Assembly: GCA_963743185.1 (NCBI GenBank)
Contig: CAVUOT010000002.1
Coordinates: forward strand, 261,781-325,780
Direction of reading: 5' to 3'
From: an uncultured Chloroflexia bacterium
GTDB lineage: Bacteria > Chloroflexota > Dehalococcoidia > DSTF01 > JACRBR01
DNA length: 64,000 nucleotides
Shown piece after piece: positions 41,514-50,474 of this stretch. Position 1 is the first letter of the stretch; every line of letters begins with the position of its first letter. The notes beneath the pieces are model-generated. The model was not told the origin of the DNA. It searched no databases and saw nothing but the letters and a program-made list of their open reading frames with translations. A program made the position numbers and the translations under genes.

Positions 41514-42212
41514 CTACGCATGCAGGATGCGCTCGCAGTTAGGACACTGCACGAGCACGTTACCTGCTCTCGCTTTGTTCACGACGTTGGTCGGCAGTGA
41601 GATCCGGCACCCCATACACAGGTTCCGATCGAGCTTCGCAAGCGCTCGACCCTGGTGGGTCATCCGGGTGTGGTCGTAGGTCCGTAGCATCTCGGGCGCG
41701 ACCTCGGCCGCCTGCTCGTTGCGCTCCACCTCGTATACGCCTATTTCCACCGCCAGGGTCTTCATCCGCTCAGCTAGCTCCGCCTGCTCGGCCGCCCATG
41801 CGGACTCCATCTCCCCCAGTTCGGCCGCGGCGGCGCGGTGCTCGCTCTCCGCCGCTTCGAGCTGCGTCAGCGCTTCGAGATCACGGTCGTCGATGGCCGC
41901 GAGATGCCGCTTGAGCTGATCGACATCGGCCTGGAGGTCGGCGAGCTCCTTGGGATTCTTGATCGCACCGCTGTAGAGTTTCGTCTCAGCGGACGCAATC
42001 TTCGATCGCAGATCTTCGGCCTCGAGTTCGATGTCCTTCTGCGTGCCGCGCGCATGGCGGAGCACGGCCGCGAGATCTTCGGTGCGCGCGCGCAGCGCGA
42101 CGAGTTCGTCTGTCTCGCCGAGCCGCGTCTCCGCATCCGCGAGCGATGCGCGGCGTCCGTCGAGCGCCGTGTCCGTTTCCTGCAGTCGCCGCAAGTCGTT
42201 GATCCACGTCAT
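41514..42212 (-). CDS. COG1579-type coiled-coil protein with a C-terminal C4 zinc ribbon.
   Basis: Long coiled-coil, then CMGCRISLP...VQCPNCERIL. The stop lies 4 nt before the recombinase start. Confidence 0.7.
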   Translation of the reverse strand: MTWINDLRRLQETDTALDGRRASLADAETRLGETDELVALRARTEDLAAVLRHARGTQKDIELEAEDLRSKIASAETKLYSGAIKNPKELADLQADVDQLKRHLAAIDDRDLEALTQLEAAESEHRAAAAELGEMESAWAAEQAELAERMKTLAVEIGVYEVERNEQAAEVAPEMLRTYDHTRMTHQGRALAKLDRNLCMGCRISLPTNVVNKARAGNVLVQCPNCERILHA

Positions 42213-42432
42213 TGTTCGGCTCGATACCATTTCCGGCCTTCCGTGGCGATGCTCGACGGGGCGGCCACGCAGCCCCGCCAGCGGGGTGCGACGAGATCGC
42301 GGGTGAATCAGAGTTCGGACGCTGTGTGGCGATTATAGGCGATCGCGCGGCGTAGGTGACAAGGCGTCGGGCGAATTGACCCGTGGAGATTCCGGCCGCT
42401 ACGCTGAACGGGCCCTCCGAGGTGGGTACCCC

Positions 42433-42945
42433 ATGCAATTCAACGTTTCTTCGCTGCTCAAAGAGCCGACGGGTGCCACGCGTCACTATGACATCGACGA
42501 GGACCTCAGCATCGACCGTGTGATGCATCACGTCACCGGGCGCGTGCGCTTCGACCGCACGCCGCGTGGCGTGCTCGTGCGTGCCGCCGTCCATGGAACA
42601 ATGGACGATGTCTGCAGCCGCTGCGTGAAACCCGTCGCATATCCCGTCGACCTCGAGATCGCGGAGGAGTACATCCCGACAATCGACGTTGTGACCGGTG
42701 CGCCCGTGGAGTTGGAGGAGGGCGAGGAGGACGCGTATCGGATCGATCCGCATCACGTGATCGATCTGGTGGAGCCGGTCACGCAGTACTGGGCGCTGGC
42801 GCTACCGATGGCTCCACTGTGCGACGAGGAATGCCGCGGCTTGTGTCCGGTGTGCGGCGAAGAGATCGCGTCGCCGGACCACGCATGTGCCGGCGATCAG
42901 ATCGATGCCCGCTGGTCGGCGCTCGCGAAGTTGAAGCTCGGCTGA
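42433..42945 (+). CDS. yceD: DUF177 / YceD-family protein (large-subunit rRNA accumulation).
   Basis: MQFNVSSLLKEP...DVCSRCVKPV...CDEECRGLCPVCGEEI. Confidence 0.8.
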   Translation: MQFNVSSLLKEPTGATRHYDIDEDLSIDRVMHHVTGRVRFDRTPRGVLVRAAVHGTMDDVCSRCVKPVAYPVDLEIAEEYIPTIDVVTGAPVELEEGEEDAYRIDPHHVIDLVEPVTQYWALALPMAPLCDEECRGLCPVCGEEIASPDHACAGDQIDARWSALAKLKLG

Positions 42946-43068
42946 CGAGGCGACGATCCCGGCGGCACGCGCCGCGCCAAAGACGGCCATGGGCGCCGCG
43001 CTAGCCTCGAGAGGGCGCTTCCGATAGACTGCCTTGCCGACCGAGACTCAGAGAGGAGCACCGAGCCG

Positions 43069-43266
43069 TTGCCACCACTGCCAAAGCGTAAGTACCCCAA
43101 GGCGCGCCAGGGGAAGCGGCGCAGCCATCTCGCCCTCAAGCCGGCGGGGCTGACGCGCTGTCCCCAGTGCCGCAACGCCCGGCTGCCTCACACCGCCTGC
43201 CCCACCTGCGGCTTCTACAAGGGCGCGTTGGCCGTTGAGGTGAAGGCTGCGAAGGCGGCGGAGTAG
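43069..43266 (+). CDS. rpmF: 50S ribosomal protein L32.
   Basis: PKRKYPKARQGKRRSH...CPQCRNARLPHTACPTCGFYKG. Confidence 0.9.
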   Translation: MPPLPKRKYPKARQGKRRSHLALKPAGLTRCPQCRNARLPHTACPTCGFYKGALAVEVKAAKAAE

Positions 43267-43314
43267 TCTTGACCGGAGCGGCCCCCGGATCACCGCCCTC
43301 CCTCAAATTTCCCG

Positions 43315-44229
43315 ATGCCTGATTCAACCATCGCCTGGGTGTTCCCCGGTCAGGGCTCGCAAGAGCCCGGCATGGGGCGCGACCTCTACGACGCCTACCC
43401 CTCAGCTCGCGACCTGTATGAGCGTGCCGACGCGATCCTCGGCCGCTCCCTCTCGGCGCTCTGCTTCGAAGGATCCGCCGCCGAACTCGGCAAGACGTTC
43501 AACGCGCAGCCGGCGATCTACGTCACCAGCCTGGCGTGCCTCGAGGCCGCCCGGTCAAGCGGCGCGCTCCGCGACGATCCGGCGTTCGTCGCGGGTCACA
43601 GCCTGGGCGAGTACACCGCGCTCACCGCGGCGGGCGCCCTCGACTTCGAGCCGGGGCTGCGGCTGGTCGAGACGCGGGGCCGTCTCACGCAGGCCGCCGC
43701 GGACGCGACGCCGGGCGGCATGGCAGCCGTGATGGGCCTCGACGAACCGTCGACGGAAGCCGTCTGCCTCGAGACGGGAGCCGAGTTGTGCAACATCAAC
43801 TCGCCCGGTCAGATCGTCATCGGCGGAACGAGAGACGCGATCGCCAGGGCATGTACCCTTGCCGTCGAGCGCGGCGCGAAGCGCGCGATCCCGCTTGACG
43901 TTGGCGGCGCCTTCCATACGTCGCTCATGCTGCCGGCGGTGGCGGACATGGTACAGGCGGTTGCGGCCGCGGCCATCCGGGCGCCGCGCGTGCCCGTCGT
44001 CGCGAATGACTCGGCTTTGCCGATGACCGACGCGGCTGCTATCGAACGCGAATTGACGTATCAGCTCACCCACCCGGTACGATGGGTGCAGTGCGTCGAG
44101 TACATGGCGGCGCAGGGCGTGACGACGTTCGTCGAGATCGGGCCGGGGCGCGTGCTGGGCGGGCTGATCAAGCGCATCGCGCCGGGCGCGCAGACCCGGA
44201 ACATCAACGGCGCGGGGTCGCTGGCATGA
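43315..44229 (+). CDS. fabD: Malonyl-CoA:ACP transacylase.
   Basis: AWVFPGQGSQEPGMG...AGHSLGEYTAL is the GHSLG active site. Confidence 0.9.
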   Translation: MPDSTIAWVFPGQGSQEPGMGRDLYDAYPSARDLYERADAILGRSLSALCFEGSAAELGKTFNAQPAIYVTSLACLEAARSSGALRDDPAFVAGHSLGEYTALTAAGALDFEPGLRLVETRGRLTQAAADATPGGMAAVMGLDEPSTEAVCLETGAELCNINSPGQIVIGGTRDAIARACTLAVERGAKRAIPLDVGGAFHTSLMLPAVADMVQAVAAAAIRAPRVPVVANDSALPMTDAAAIERELTYQLTHPVRWVQCVEYMAAQGVTTFVEIGPGRVLGGLIKRIAPGAQTRNINGAGSLA

Positions 44230-44981
44230 CACGACTGTTCGACCTGAGCGGCAAGGTGGCGCTGGTGACCGGTGGATCGCGCGGCATCGGACGCGCGATC
44301 TCGCTGGCGCTCGCTGCCCACGGCGCGAAGGTGGCGATCAACTACGCGACGAACGCCGCCGCCGCCGCCGATACGGCGCGCGCCATCGGCGGTCCCGACG
44401 CGGCGATCACCATCCCGGGTGACGTCGGCGATCCCGCTGCCGCCGCCGCGCTGGTCGCCCAGACGATCGCGGCGTTCGGGCGGATCGATATCCTGGTGAA
44501 CAACGCGGGCGTGACGGCGGACGATCTGATCTTGCGCATGTCGGAAGCGCAGTGGGACAGGGTCATCGACACCAATCTGAAGGGCACGTTCAGCGTGACA
44601 AAGGCGGCGATCCGGCCGATGGTGCGACAGCGCTTTGGGCGCGTGATCTGCGTGAGCAGCGTCGCGGGGCTCGTCGGCAACGCCGGGCAGGCCAACTACT
44701 CCGCCGCGAAGGCGGGCATGATCGGCTTCACCAAGGCCATCGCGAAGGAAGTCGCGTCGCGCAATATCACCGCGAACGTGATCGCGCCCGGGTTCGTCGA
44801 CACGGAGATGACGGCGGACCTCACCGACGCCCAGCGCGGCGAGATCACGCGGATGATCGCCGTGGGGCGAACCGGGAAGCCGGAGGACGTCGCACCTGCC
44901 GCTGTCTTCCTGGCCTCGGACGAAGCGGCGTACGTCACCGGGCACGTGCTGACGATCGATGGCGGACTGGTGATGTACTGA
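44226..44981 (+). CDS. fabG: 3-oxoacyl-ACP reductase.
   Basis: KVALVTGGSRGIGRAI...NNAGV...YSAAKAG...ITANVIAPGFVDTEM. The ATG overlaps the fabD stop (ATGA). Confidence 0.9.
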   Translation: MTRLFDLSGKVALVTGGSRGIGRAISLALAAHGAKVAINYATNAAAAADTARAIGGPDAAITIPGDVGDPAAAAALVAQTIAAFGRIDILVNNAGVTADDLILRMSEAQWDRVIDTNLKGTFSVTKAAIRPMVRQRFGRVICVSSVAGLVGNAGQANYSAAKAGMIGFTKAIAKEVASRNITANVIAPGFVDTEMTADLTDAQRGEITRMIAVGRTGKPEDVAPAAVFLASDEAAYVTGHVLTIDGGLVMY

Positions 44982-45400
44982 TGGCCGCGAACCCTCGCCG
45001 CAAGGCGCGCGTCGCCGCGCTCCAGGCGCTGTACGAGTCCGACGTGTCGGGCCACGAGCCGCTGGTTTCGCTCGATCGGCTATGCGGCGAAGAGAACCTG
45101 ACGGAACCGCAAATGGCGTTCGCACGCGAGCTCGTAGAAGGCGTGATCGAGCAGCGGAAGGCCATCGACGACGTCATCCGACAGGCGGCGCCGCAATGGC
45201 CCGTCGAGCAATTGAGCGCCATCGATAGGAACATCCTCCGTCTTGCGATACGGGAGATCCTGATGAATAATGGGGCGCCCATCCGGGCCGCCATAAACGA
45301 GGCCGTCGAACTTGCCAAGAGCTTCGGGAGCGACAACTCTGCGAAGTTTATTAATGGAGTGCTCGGCTCGGTGAGCCTGTCACTCGCGCCAAGCAACTGA
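44981..45400 (+). CDS. nusB: Transcription antitermination factor NusB.
   Basis: RRKARVAALQALYE...AIDRNILRLAIREIL...KFINGVLG. The start overlaps the fabG stop (TGATG). Confidence 0.85.
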   Translation: MAANPRRKARVAALQALYESDVSGHEPLVSLDRLCGEENLTEPQMAFARELVEGVIEQRKAIDDVIRQAAPQWPVEQLSAIDRNILRLAIREILMNNGAPIRAAINEAVELAKSFGSDNSAKFINGVLGSVSLSLAPSN

Positions 45401-45439
45401 TGCTCACCGGCTCGGCCGATTAAAGGGAGAGATACCAAC

Positions 45440-45700
45440 GTGGCAACAACGTTCGAACGGGTGCGGAAGATCATCGTCGACCAGCTCGGCGTCGAAGAGG
45501 ATCAGGTCGTGCCGAGCGCGTCGTTTGTCGATGACCTCAACGCGGACTCGCTCGACCTCGTCGAGCTGATCATGTCGATGGAGGAAGAGTTCAGCAAGGA
45601 CGGTAAGGCGCTGGAGATCTCCGACGAGGACGCCGAGAAGATCGCGACAGTGCAGGACGCCGTCGACTACTTGAAGGACCTCGGCGTCGAGGACGAGTAG
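45440..45700 (+). CDS. acpP: Acyl carrier protein.
   Basis: [22 protein letters not shown] is the phosphopantetheine-attachment Ser motif. Confidence 0.9.
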   Translation: MATTFERVRKIIVDQLGVEEDQVVPSASFVDDLNADSLDLVELIMSMEEEFSKDGKALEISDEDAEKIATVQDAVDYLKDLGVEDE

Positions 45701-45729
45701 GATCGGCATTCATAGTTAGTCGTTCTCAC

Positions 45730-45757
45730 AGCCGCCCCGGTGGGCGGCTTCTTCGTT
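45730..45757 (+). terminator. Rho-independent terminator after acpP.
   Basis: agccgccc-cggt-gggcggct is an 8-bp stem, followed by tcttcgtt. Confidence 0.55.
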
Positions 45758-45867
45758 GCCGCGCCCGGCACGCCTCTTGCCGGCACCGGCATCCGTGTGC
45801 GCGCTTCCCGCTGCCCGATTGGACGGCTCTTTGGGACGGCGTTCGCGACTCGCGTACAATTCGGTGT

Positions 45868-46360
45868 ATGGAGTTTCTTGGCGTTGGCCCCGCTGAGCTC
45901 ATCGTCATCCTCGTGGTGGCGTTGGTCTTCGTCGGGCCGGAGCGCTTGCCGAAGCTGGCGGCGGACATCGCGCGCGTTATCCGCGAGATCCGGAAGTACA
46001 CGGGCAGCCTGGCCGCCGAGTTCAACGAGGTCATCCAGGATTTCGAAAAGGACGCCCAGGGCGAGAAGACCGCCTGGAAGGAGATCGGCGAAGGGCTGAC
46101 GGGCGCCGCGAAATCGATCACCGACGCCGTGCGGGATGCGCGCGCCGAGGCCCAGGGCGCCGCGGCAGGCGACGCCCCGGCCGCCCCGACAACGCGGCGA
46201 TGCCTTGCCCGTCGCCGCCTCTGCGGATGCGCCCGCTCCGACGGTCTGGGTGGACATCCCGTCGACGCCTCCTGACGCGGACGTTCCCTCAAGCCCGGCG
46301 CCGAACGGATCGGGCTCGCTCGCATCACCGGCCGTGCAGCCCGCCGAGGAACCGCGATGA
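45868..46360 (+). CDS. tatB: Twin-arginine translocase TatA/TatB-family protein, with a probable frameshift near 46195.
   Basis: MEFLGVGPAELIVILVVALVFVGPERLPKLAADIAR. The Pro/Ala-rich C-terminus continues in a second frame and ends with a TGA that overlaps the tatC ATG. If the first frame is read on instead, the protein ends at 46275. Confidence 0.6.
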
Positions 46361-47133
46361 CCGCGCAGGCCGGGACCGCGAAGCCCCACGACGAAGGCAA
46401 GGTGCTGACGATCATCGAGCACCTGCAGGAGTTGCGGACGCGCGTGATGTGGAGCGCCATCGCGCTCGTCGTCGGCGTCGGCGTCTCGATCTGGCCGCTC
46501 ACGAAGTACGCGATCCACTTCCTCGTGATCCCGGCGCAGGACACGCGCTCCGACTTCAAACTGCACCAGTTCCAGTTGCTGGACTACTGGAGCACCTACT
46601 TCCGGGTATCGCTCCTCCTCGGCATCGCCATCGCCATGCCTGTGATCATGTACCAGGTGCTGGCGTTTGTCGCACCGGGCCTGACCAAGCAGGAACGGCG
46701 GTGGCTGTACCCGATCGTCATCGGCGCGTCGCTCATGTTCGTGCTCGGGATGGCGTTCGGCTATTACGCCGAGCTGCCGCCGGCGCTCAACTTCCTGCTC
46801 GACCCGAAGAACAACGACATCGAGCCGACTATCGGCGTACAGACATACGTCGATACCGTCACGCGCCTGCTCTTGATCACAGGGCTCGTGTTCGAGATGC
46901 CGTTCGTCATCATGGGACTGGCGAAGATCGGCGTCGTGACATCCAAGAGGCTCCTCGGCTGGTGGCGCTACGCGATCCTCTTCGCCGTCGTGTTGGCCGC
47001 TGTCGTCACCCCGTCGATCGACCCGGTGACGCAGTTGGTGGTGGCGACGCCGATCCTCATCCTGTACTTCGTCGGGATCGGACTCGCGAAGCTCGTCGAA
47101 GGCAACAGCTTCCTCGGTGCGCGACGCGCGTAG
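46357..47133 (+). CDS. tatC: Twin-arginine translocase subunit TatC.
   Basis: IIEHLQELRTRV..., six transmembrane segments, and FVGIGLAKLV. The ORF is intact. Confidence 0.9.
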   Translation: MTAQAGTAKPHDEGKVLTIIEHLQELRTRVMWSAIALVVGVGVSIWPLTKYAIHFLVIPAQDTRSDFKLHQFQLLDYWSTYFRVSLLLGIAIAMPVIMYQVLAFVAPGLTKQERRWLYPIVIGASLMFVLGMAFGYYAELPPALNFLLDPKNNDIEPTIGVQTYVDTVTRLLLITGLVFEMPFVIMGLAKIGVVTSKRLLGWWRYAILFAVVLAAVVTPSIDPVTQLVVATPILILYFVGIGLAKLVEGNSFLGARRA

Positions 47134-47367
47134 GGCGAGCGCTTGCGCATCTGCCCAGCTGCGCACGTCGTTATGTCGATTATCGTTTTTCGATCATGTG
47201 CTCGATCACGTGCGCTGGTACTGTCCACCCCCCTGCCTGCCGTGATATGATCCGCCGCGAGAGGTGGCGAGCAGACGAAGGCGCCGGGAACACGGGGTAC
47301 GCTCTCCGTCCTCACAGGACTTGCCGGGGGCGCCTTCAGTGGTCTGACGGGCGTCGGCGGCGGTGCC

Positions 47368-48096
47368 GTGATGGTGCCTATGCTGACCGGCGGGCTCAAG
47401 CTGAGCCAGCACCGCGCCCACGGGACCTCGCTCGCCATCATCATGTTCGTTGCGATGTCCGGCGTGGCGGTGTACTGGCACGCCGGCAATATCGACTGGC
47501 GGCTCGTGCTCGCGTTATCCCCCGGAGCGATCGTCGGGGTCTACGTGGGTGCGAAGGCGATGGTGAAGGTGCCCGCCCTGCAGCTGCGGCTGCTGTTCGG
47601 GATGTTCCTCCTCTTCGTCGCGTTCCGCCAGCTGGTGTGGCATGTTTCGGCAGGCGCGCCTCACGGTGGCGCGACGGGCCTGCTGATCGAAGTTGGGTTC
47701 GGGTTCGCCGGCGGCGCGCTTGCCGGCGTGCTCGGCGTGGGAGGAGGGGCGATCTTTGTTCCGGCCATCGTTATCTTCGGGCTCGCCCACGTACCCGGCG
47801 GCGGCGACCCGCAGAAGGTGGCACAAGGAGTATCGCTGGTGGTGATCGTCTGTACCGGCGCAATCGGGACCGTCACGAATCTCCGTCAGGAGACGGTGGA
47901 TGTCGGCATCGCGAAATGGGTGATTCCGCCGGCGCTCGGAGCCGCGTTCGCGGCGTCGCTCGTGGCGAACGCGATCGATGCGGAGGTACTGAAGCGCATC
48001 TACGGCGTCACAGCCCTCGTACTGGGCGCGCAGACGATGTACATGAGCGTGCGAGGGCTCCGGACCGGACAGCCGCTGGAGATCGAGACGATATGA
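47368..48096 (+). CDS. TauE/SafE-family (DUF81) anion exporter. The N-terminus is uncertain.
   Basis: G-x3-G-x-GGG motifs (LTGVGGGAVMVPML and VLGVGGGAIFVPAIV). Protein-like sequence continues upstream in the same frame, but no ATG, GTG or TTG occurs there before the stop at 47248. Confidence 0.7.
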   Translation: MMVPMLTGGLKLSQHRAHGTSLAIIMFVAMSGVAVYWHAGNIDWRLVLALSPGAIVGVYVGAKAMVKVPALQLRLLFGMFLLFVAFRQLVWHVSAGAPHGGATGLLIEVGFGFAGGALAGVLGVGGGAIFVPAIVIFGLAHVPGGGDPQKVAQGVSLVVIVCTGAIGTVTNLRQETVDVGIAKWVIPPALGAAFAASLVANAIDAEVLKRIYGVTALVLGAQTMYMSVRGLRTGQPLEIETI

Positions 48097-48809
48097 GCAT
48101 GGATGCCGAACTCACCGAAAAACGCCGGACGCTCGCGACCCTCGCGAAGCAGATAGCCTCCTGCAAGGACTGCAGCCTGTGCCAGGGACGGACGAACAGC
48201 GTGCCCGGCGAGGGTAACGCCGACGCCGAGATCATGTTCATCGGCGAAGGGCCGGGATTCTACGAGGACCAGCAGGGACGGCCCTTCGTCGGCGCGTCGG
48301 GCAAGTTCCTCGACGATCTGCTGCGGTCGATCGGCCTCGACCGCAAGACGGTGTTCATCGCCAACGTGGTGAAGTGCCGGCCGCCGCAGAACCGCGATCC
48401 GCAGCCCGAAGAGATCGCCGCCTGCGCGAAATATCTCGACGCGCAGATCGCCGCCATTGGGCCGAAGGTGGTCGTGACGCTCGGGCGGCACTCCATGCAG
48501 CGCTACTTTCCCGGCGAGGCGATCAGCCGCGTCCACGGTCAGCCGCGGCGCAAGGACGACCTCATCGTCGTGCCCATGTACCACCCGGCGGCGGCGCTGC
48601 ACCAGGCGAGCCTGCGCAAGGTCATCGAGACCGACTTCAGCCGCCTGCCTGAATTCTTGCGCAAGACGCTGGGCGGCGAAGCGATCACCGCGCCGCCGCC
48701 TGTTCCGGCGCATCTGCGCGCGGGGGCGCCCGCCGGCGCGCCCGTCGCGGCCCAGGCGCCATCGTCTCAACCAGCCGAAGCGGAGCCGCAGCAGATGCGG
48801 CTCCTGTAA
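48093..48809 (+). CDS. Uracil-DNA glycosylase, family 4 (4Fe-4S).
   Basis: CKDCSLCQGRTNSVPGEGNADAEIMFIGEGPG...NVVKCRPPQNRDP...HPAAAL. The ATG overlaps the TauE stop. Confidence 0.85.
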   Translation: MSMDAELTEKRRTLATLAKQIASCKDCSLCQGRTNSVPGEGNADAEIMFIGEGPGFYEDQQGRPFVGASGKFLDDLLRSIGLDRKTVFIANVVKCRPPQNRDPQPEEIAACAKYLDAQIAAIGPKVVVTLGRHSMQRYFPGEAISRVHGQPRRKDDLIVVPMYHPAAALHQASLRKVIETDFSRLPEFLRKTLGGEAITAPPPVPAHLRAGAPAGAPVAAQAPSSQPAEAEPQQMRLL

Positions 48810-48817
48810 AGGAACCT

Positions 48818-50470
48818 ATGACGACAGGTGCGCTGCGTGTGATCCCGCTTGGCGGTCTCGGCGAGATCGGCAAGAACATGATGCTCTTCGAGTACGGCGA
48901 CGACGTCATCGCCGTCGACTGCGGGCTGATGTTCCCGACCGAGGACATGCTCGGCGTCGACCTCGTCATCCCGAACGTCAGTTATATCCTCGAAAATCGG
49001 AAGAACCTCCGCGCCATCTTCATCACGCACGGCCACGAAGACCACACGGGCGCGCTGCCCTACATCCTGCGCCAGATCAACGTGCCGGTCTACTGCACGC
49101 CGCTGGCGCACGGTCTGATCAGCGTGAAGCTCAAGGAAGCGCGCCTCCTGCAGAGCACCGACCTGCGCGAGATCCGGCCGGGTGAGTCGATCACCGAGGG
49201 CCCGTTCACGGTCCAGCCGTTCCAGGTGGCGCACAGCATCCCCGACTCGGTGGGCTTCGCGATCCGCACACCCGTCGGCACCTGCATCCACACCGGCGAC
49301 TTCAAGCTCGACCACACGCCGGTCATGGGCCAATCGACCGACCTCGCGCGCCTCGCGCAGCTCGGCGACGAAGGCGTGCTGCTGCTCTGCGCTGACTCCA
49401 CCTACGCGGAGATGCCCGGATACACGCCGTCAGAGCAGATCGTCGGCAGTGCGATCCTCCAGCTCATGGCGAAGGCCACCGGGCGCGTCGTCGTGACGAC
49501 GTTCGCGTCGCTGATCGCGCGCGTTCAGCTGGTGTTCGACGCCGCCGAGACCACCGGGCGGCGCGTCTTCGTCACGGGCCGCAGCATGGTCGACAACGTG
49601 AACATGGCCCTCGAGCGCGGCTACCTGCGCGCGCCGGAAGGCATGCTGGTGAGCCTGCGCGAGCTGCCGAACATCGCGCATGAAAAGCTCGTGATCATCA
49701 CCACCGGCAGCCAGGGCGAGCCCACGTCGGCGCTCACGAAAATGGCGAACCAGGATCACCCGCACGTCAAGATCGTCGAGGGCGACCTGGTGATCCTGTC
49801 GGCATCCGCGGTGCCCGGTAACGAGGCGTCGGTGTACCGCACCGTCGATAATCTGTTCAAGCTTGGCGCGAAGGTGCTGTACAACCGCATCGCCGACGTG
49901 CACGTACACGGACACGCCGCGCAGGAGGAGCTGAAGATCGTCCATTCGCTGGTGCGGCCGAAGTACTTCGTGCCGGTCCACGGCGAGTACCGCCACATGG
50001 TGCTCCACGCGGATCTCGCCGAATCGTTGAATCAGGGCACGGAGACGTTCATCCTCACCGACGGTGACGTGCTGGAGATCACGCGCGACAGCGCGAGCTT
50101 CGGCGAGCACATCGATGCGGACTACGTGTACGTCGACGGCCTCGGCGTCGGCGACGTCGACCACGTCGTGCTTCGCGACCGCAAGCACCTGGCGTCCGAC
50201 GGCATGGTCGTGCTCATCCTGCCGATGGCGAAGAACACGAGCCGCATCGTGGGTACCGTCGAGGTCGTCTCGCGCGGCTTCGTCGACATGGACGAGCGCG
50301 AGGAGCTCATCGAGCGGACCCGCGAGCGCGTCGTCGCCGCCCTTCAAGGTAAGGACCACACGCTGGAGTGGGGCGCAGTCCACGCCGAGGTGAAGGAGTC
50401 GGTCGCGAAGTTCCTGTACGATGAAACGAGGCGGCGCCCGATGGTGCTGCCCGTGCGCGTGGAGGTCTGA
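48818..50470 (+). CDS. rnj: Ribonuclease J.
   Basis: The metallo-beta-lactamase motif HGHEDHTGALPYIL plus beta-CASP and C-terminal domains. The ORF is intact at 550 aa. Confidence 0.9.
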   Translation: MTTGALRVIPLGGLGEIGKNMMLFEYGDDVIAVDCGLMFPTEDMLGVDLVIPNVSYILENRKNLRAIFITHGHEDHTGALPYILRQINVPVYCTPLAHGLISVKLKEARLLQSTDLREIRPGESITEGPFTVQPFQVAHSIPDSVGFAIRTPVGTCIHTGDFKLDHTPVMGQSTDLARLAQLGDEGVLLLCADSTYAEMPGYTPSEQIVGSAILQLMAKATGRVVVTTFASLIARVQLVFDAAETTGRRVFVTGRSMVDNVNMALERGYLRAPEGMLVSLRELPNIAHEKLVIITTGSQGEPTSALTKMANQDHPHVKIVEGDLVILSASAVPGNEASVYRTVDNLFKLGAKVLYNRIADVHVHGHAAQEELKIVHSLVRPKYFVPVHGEYRHMVLHADLAESLNQGTETFILTDGDVLEITRDSASFGEHIDADYVYVDGLGVGDVDHVVLRDRKHLASDGMVVLILPMAKNTSRIVGTVEVVSRGFVDMDEREELIERTRERVVAALQGKDHTLEWGAVHAEVKESVAKFLYDETRRRPMVLPVRVEV

Positions 50471-50474
50471 GCGA

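Noticed and set aside
46200-48809. An 869-aa ORF spanning tatB, tatC, TauE and the uracil-DNA glycosylase gene.
   Set aside because: Only its last 238 codons (48093-48809) are a real gene, the family-4 uracil-DNA glycosylase. The rest is an out-of-frame read-through of the other genes that happens to contain no stop codon.
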